64,000 nt of DNA, from contig DASUZI010000254.1 in assembly GCA_036376955.1 (NCBI GenBank), positions 1,792 through 65,791 on the forward strand, read 5' to 3'. The stretch comes from Nitrososphaeraceae archaeon. Its GTDB lineage: Archaea > Thermoproteota > Nitrososphaeria > Nitrososphaerales > Nitrososphaeraceae. The translations under genes were made by a program, and so were the position numbers. The notes under the pieces were generated by a model. It had not been told where the DNA came from and ran no database searches. It was given only the letters and a program-made list of their open reading frames with translations. Positions 61,995-64,000 of the stretch are shown in pieces. Within the stretch, counting starts at the first letter, position 1. Every line of letters begins with the position of its first letter.

Positions 61995-63416
61995 TTACCT
62001 ATACTTGTAGTGTTTTTCAAAAATATCTTCAGTTTCTCTATATCTACTTTTTTCAATTTCAAGAATTTGTTCCATTGCTTCATCTATCTTTAACTTTAAC
62101 GGTTTGCCTAACCATTTATTTTCAATTAAATAATTAATCCATGCACGAATAGTAGGACCCATCTTTCGTGAAATAGGTTCCAAGAACCCTCCGACTATCT
62201 CTCTTTTGGCTAGTTCTTCTGAAAGACCACGCGACATTAGATAAAAGATTTGTTTTTCATCTATTTGAGCTACTGATGCTGAATGTGTAGCCTTTACTTC
62301 ATTTGACTCTATTTCCAAGCCAGGAATTGCATCAGATTTTGCACCTTTATCTAATAATATAGCATGACCTGCTAAATATGATTCAGTAGATTTAGCATTT
62401 GTAAGAATTTTTATCATTCCTTTAAAAAGAGACTGGGAAGTATCCTTCATTACAGATTTCACTAAAACCTTACCTTTTGTATGTGGTGCGACATGAATCA
62501 AATTGGATGTAATATCAAATGATTGATTACCGATTCCAAAAATTATTTCGACATCTTCAGCTAAAGCTCCAGTCCCCTGCATAATGCTATCTACTTTATA
62601 TCTAGATAATTTTGATCCGAAAAGAGCTAAAGACCAAGACATCTTTGCATCCCTTTCTACGTATGCTTTTCTATTGGAAAAACTATTTGTTTCATAATCC
62701 ATCGATTGTAACGTAACTATCTCGCATTGAGCATTAGGCATGATATTTGATTCCATTAGTTCGAAATGTGTTTGTTGGAATTTCGAATTACTCGATCGTG
62801 GTGAATATAATTCCTGAACGAAAGTAGCTTTCGAAAATTCTTCACATACAACTATATTTCTAGAAATTGACGATAGACCATCCTCAGAGAGATAATTCAC
62901 TATTCGAATAGGATCTTCCAACACAGTGTTCTTTGGGATAAAAATAAAAAGTCCATTTTGAAATGCTGCTGAAGAGAGAGCCAAAAATTTGTCCTCTTTA
63001 TAATTTAATTTATTTTTTTTAAGATATTTTTGAATAAGCTCTGAATATTTACCCAGAGCCTCAGGTATATTTAAAATTATTACCCCCTTTTTTTCTAATT
63101 CTGTGGGGACAAAGGATTTAAGAATTTTTGAATTCTTACATAAAATGCTCGTAGTTTTACTGAACTCATCTATTCGATCAGAAAAAATATCTAAATCAGT
63201 AGTGGATTCATTTTCTAAATTAGTATCATTAAAAAAGACTTTATCGACAATTAATTTATTAGCATTTGAATATTTACTATAAAGTGCAGAGGATTCTAAC
63301 GGTAGGCTAGTATAATTACGAAATGCCTCGCCTCTCAGTTGTTTCATCCACGATGGTTCTTTGAAGTTATCAATATAATTATCAAAATTTTTTTCTAGCA
63401 AAGAAAGTTGGTACAT
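61995..63416 (-). CDS. sufD: Fe-S cluster assembly protein SufD
   Basis: SLFKGMIKI, DAIPGLEIESNEVKATHSASV, FYLMSRG. Confidence 0.92.
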   Translation of the reverse strand: MYQLSLLEKNFDNYIDNFKEPSWMKQLRGEAFRNYTSLPLESSALYSKYSNANKLIVDKVFFNDTNLENESTTDLDIFSDRIDEFSKTTSILCKNSKILKSFVPTELEKKGVIILNIPEALGKYSELIQKYLKKNKLNYKEDKFLALSSAAFQNGLFIFIPKNTVLEDPIRIVNYLSEDGLSSISRNIVVCEEFSKATFVQELYSPRSSNSKFQQTHFELMESNIMPNAQCEIVTLQSMDYETNSFSNRKAYVERDAKMSWSLALFGSKLSRYKVDSIMQGTGALAEDVEIIFGIGNQSFDITSNLIHVAPHTKGKVLVKSVMKDTSQSLFKGMIKILTNAKSTESYLAGHAILLDKGAKSDAIPGLEIESNEVKATHSASVAQIDEKQIFYLMSRGLSEELAKREIVGGFLEPISRKMGPTIRAWINYLIENKWLGKPLKLKIDEAMEQILEIEKSRYRETEDIFEKHYKYR

Positions 63417-63451
63417 GTTAAGATGTATCTCTCAAAAAAAAGGATTTGTTA

Positions 63452-64000
63452 CTAACCTACAGAATCTTCCATTTCTAGTTTGACAAGTCTATTTAACTCT
63501 ACTGCATATTCCATTGGTAATTCTTTTGTAAAAGGTTCTATAAATCCACCTACTATAAGGGACAATGCATCAGACTCTGAGAATCCTCTACTCATAAGAT
63601 AGAAAATTTGATCTTCACCAATTTTTCCCACACTAGCCTCATGAGAAATTGTCGCATCCTCTTCATTAACTTCGACATATGGGTATGTATCAGTTCTTGA
63701 AGTTTCATCAAGTAAAAGAGCATCGCATCGAACATTTGATTTAACTCCGGTGGCACCCTTGGCTACATGTAATAGACCTCTATATGTGGTTCTACCGGAT
63801 TGTTTACTTACAGACTTACTTGTAATTCTAGATGTAGTATCAGGAGCTAAATGAACAGCCTTTGCCCCTGCATCTTGATGTTGATCGGATCCAGCAAATG
63901 CAATTGATACAACTTCCGCATGAGCATTTCTTCCAAGCATATAAACTCCTGGATATTTCATAGTCAATTTACTTCCAATGTTTCCGTCAATCCATTCGAC
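63452..64000 (-). CDS. sufB: Fe-S cluster assembly protein SufB, 5' truncated by window edge
   Basis: EWIDGNIGSKLTMKYP, QHQDAGAK, CDALL, HEASVGKIGEDQIFYLMSRG, ELPMEYAVEL. Confidence 0.95.
   Translation of the reverse strand, partial: VEWIDGNIGSKLTMKYPGVYMLGRNAHAEVVSIAFAGSDQHQDAGAKAVHLAPDTTSRITSKSVSKQSGRTTYRGLLHVAKGATGVKSNVRCDALLLDETSRTDTYPYVEVNEEDATISHEASVGKIGEDQIFYLMSRGFSESDALSLIVGGFIEPFTKELPMEYAVELNRLVKLEMEDSVG

Overview
AT-rich (about 30% GC by eye) archaeal core-genome window from an ammonia-oxidising Nitrososphaerota (Thaumarchaeota), most likely Nitrososphaerales/Nitrosocosmicus-like. The assignment rests on a type IB topoisomerase, archaeal ribosomal proteins (S24e, S27ae, L10e), CofG/CofH, a membrane blue-copper protein and PurP. 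Content is mostly housekeeping: GlyRS (5' truncated), ProRS, AspRS, SRP54, Dph6, a Pus10-like protein, EF-1beta, Pth2, a tRNA splicing endonuclease subunit, MTA salvage genes (mtnA, apt, mtnP), trpG/trpD, gap, pgk, hemB, cyoE, wecB/wecC, and a SUF system split over three loci. Four tRNAs are present: Tyr-GTA with two introns, Met-CAT, Glu-CTC and Gly-GCC. There is also a decayed IS6-like transposase and three small ORFs absent from the ORF track. No rRNA, CRISPR array or intact mobile element was seen. Best leads: (1) a half-length deoxyhypusine hydroxylase-like HEAT protein with two HE motifs; (2) a translationally coupled wHTH + AAA+ ATPase pair of unknown function; (3) C54 instead of U54 in two tRNAs alongside a motif-degenerate Pus10; (4) a DUF59/SufT-PqqD(RRE) fusion. 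All family calls come from motif recognition by eye, not database searches.
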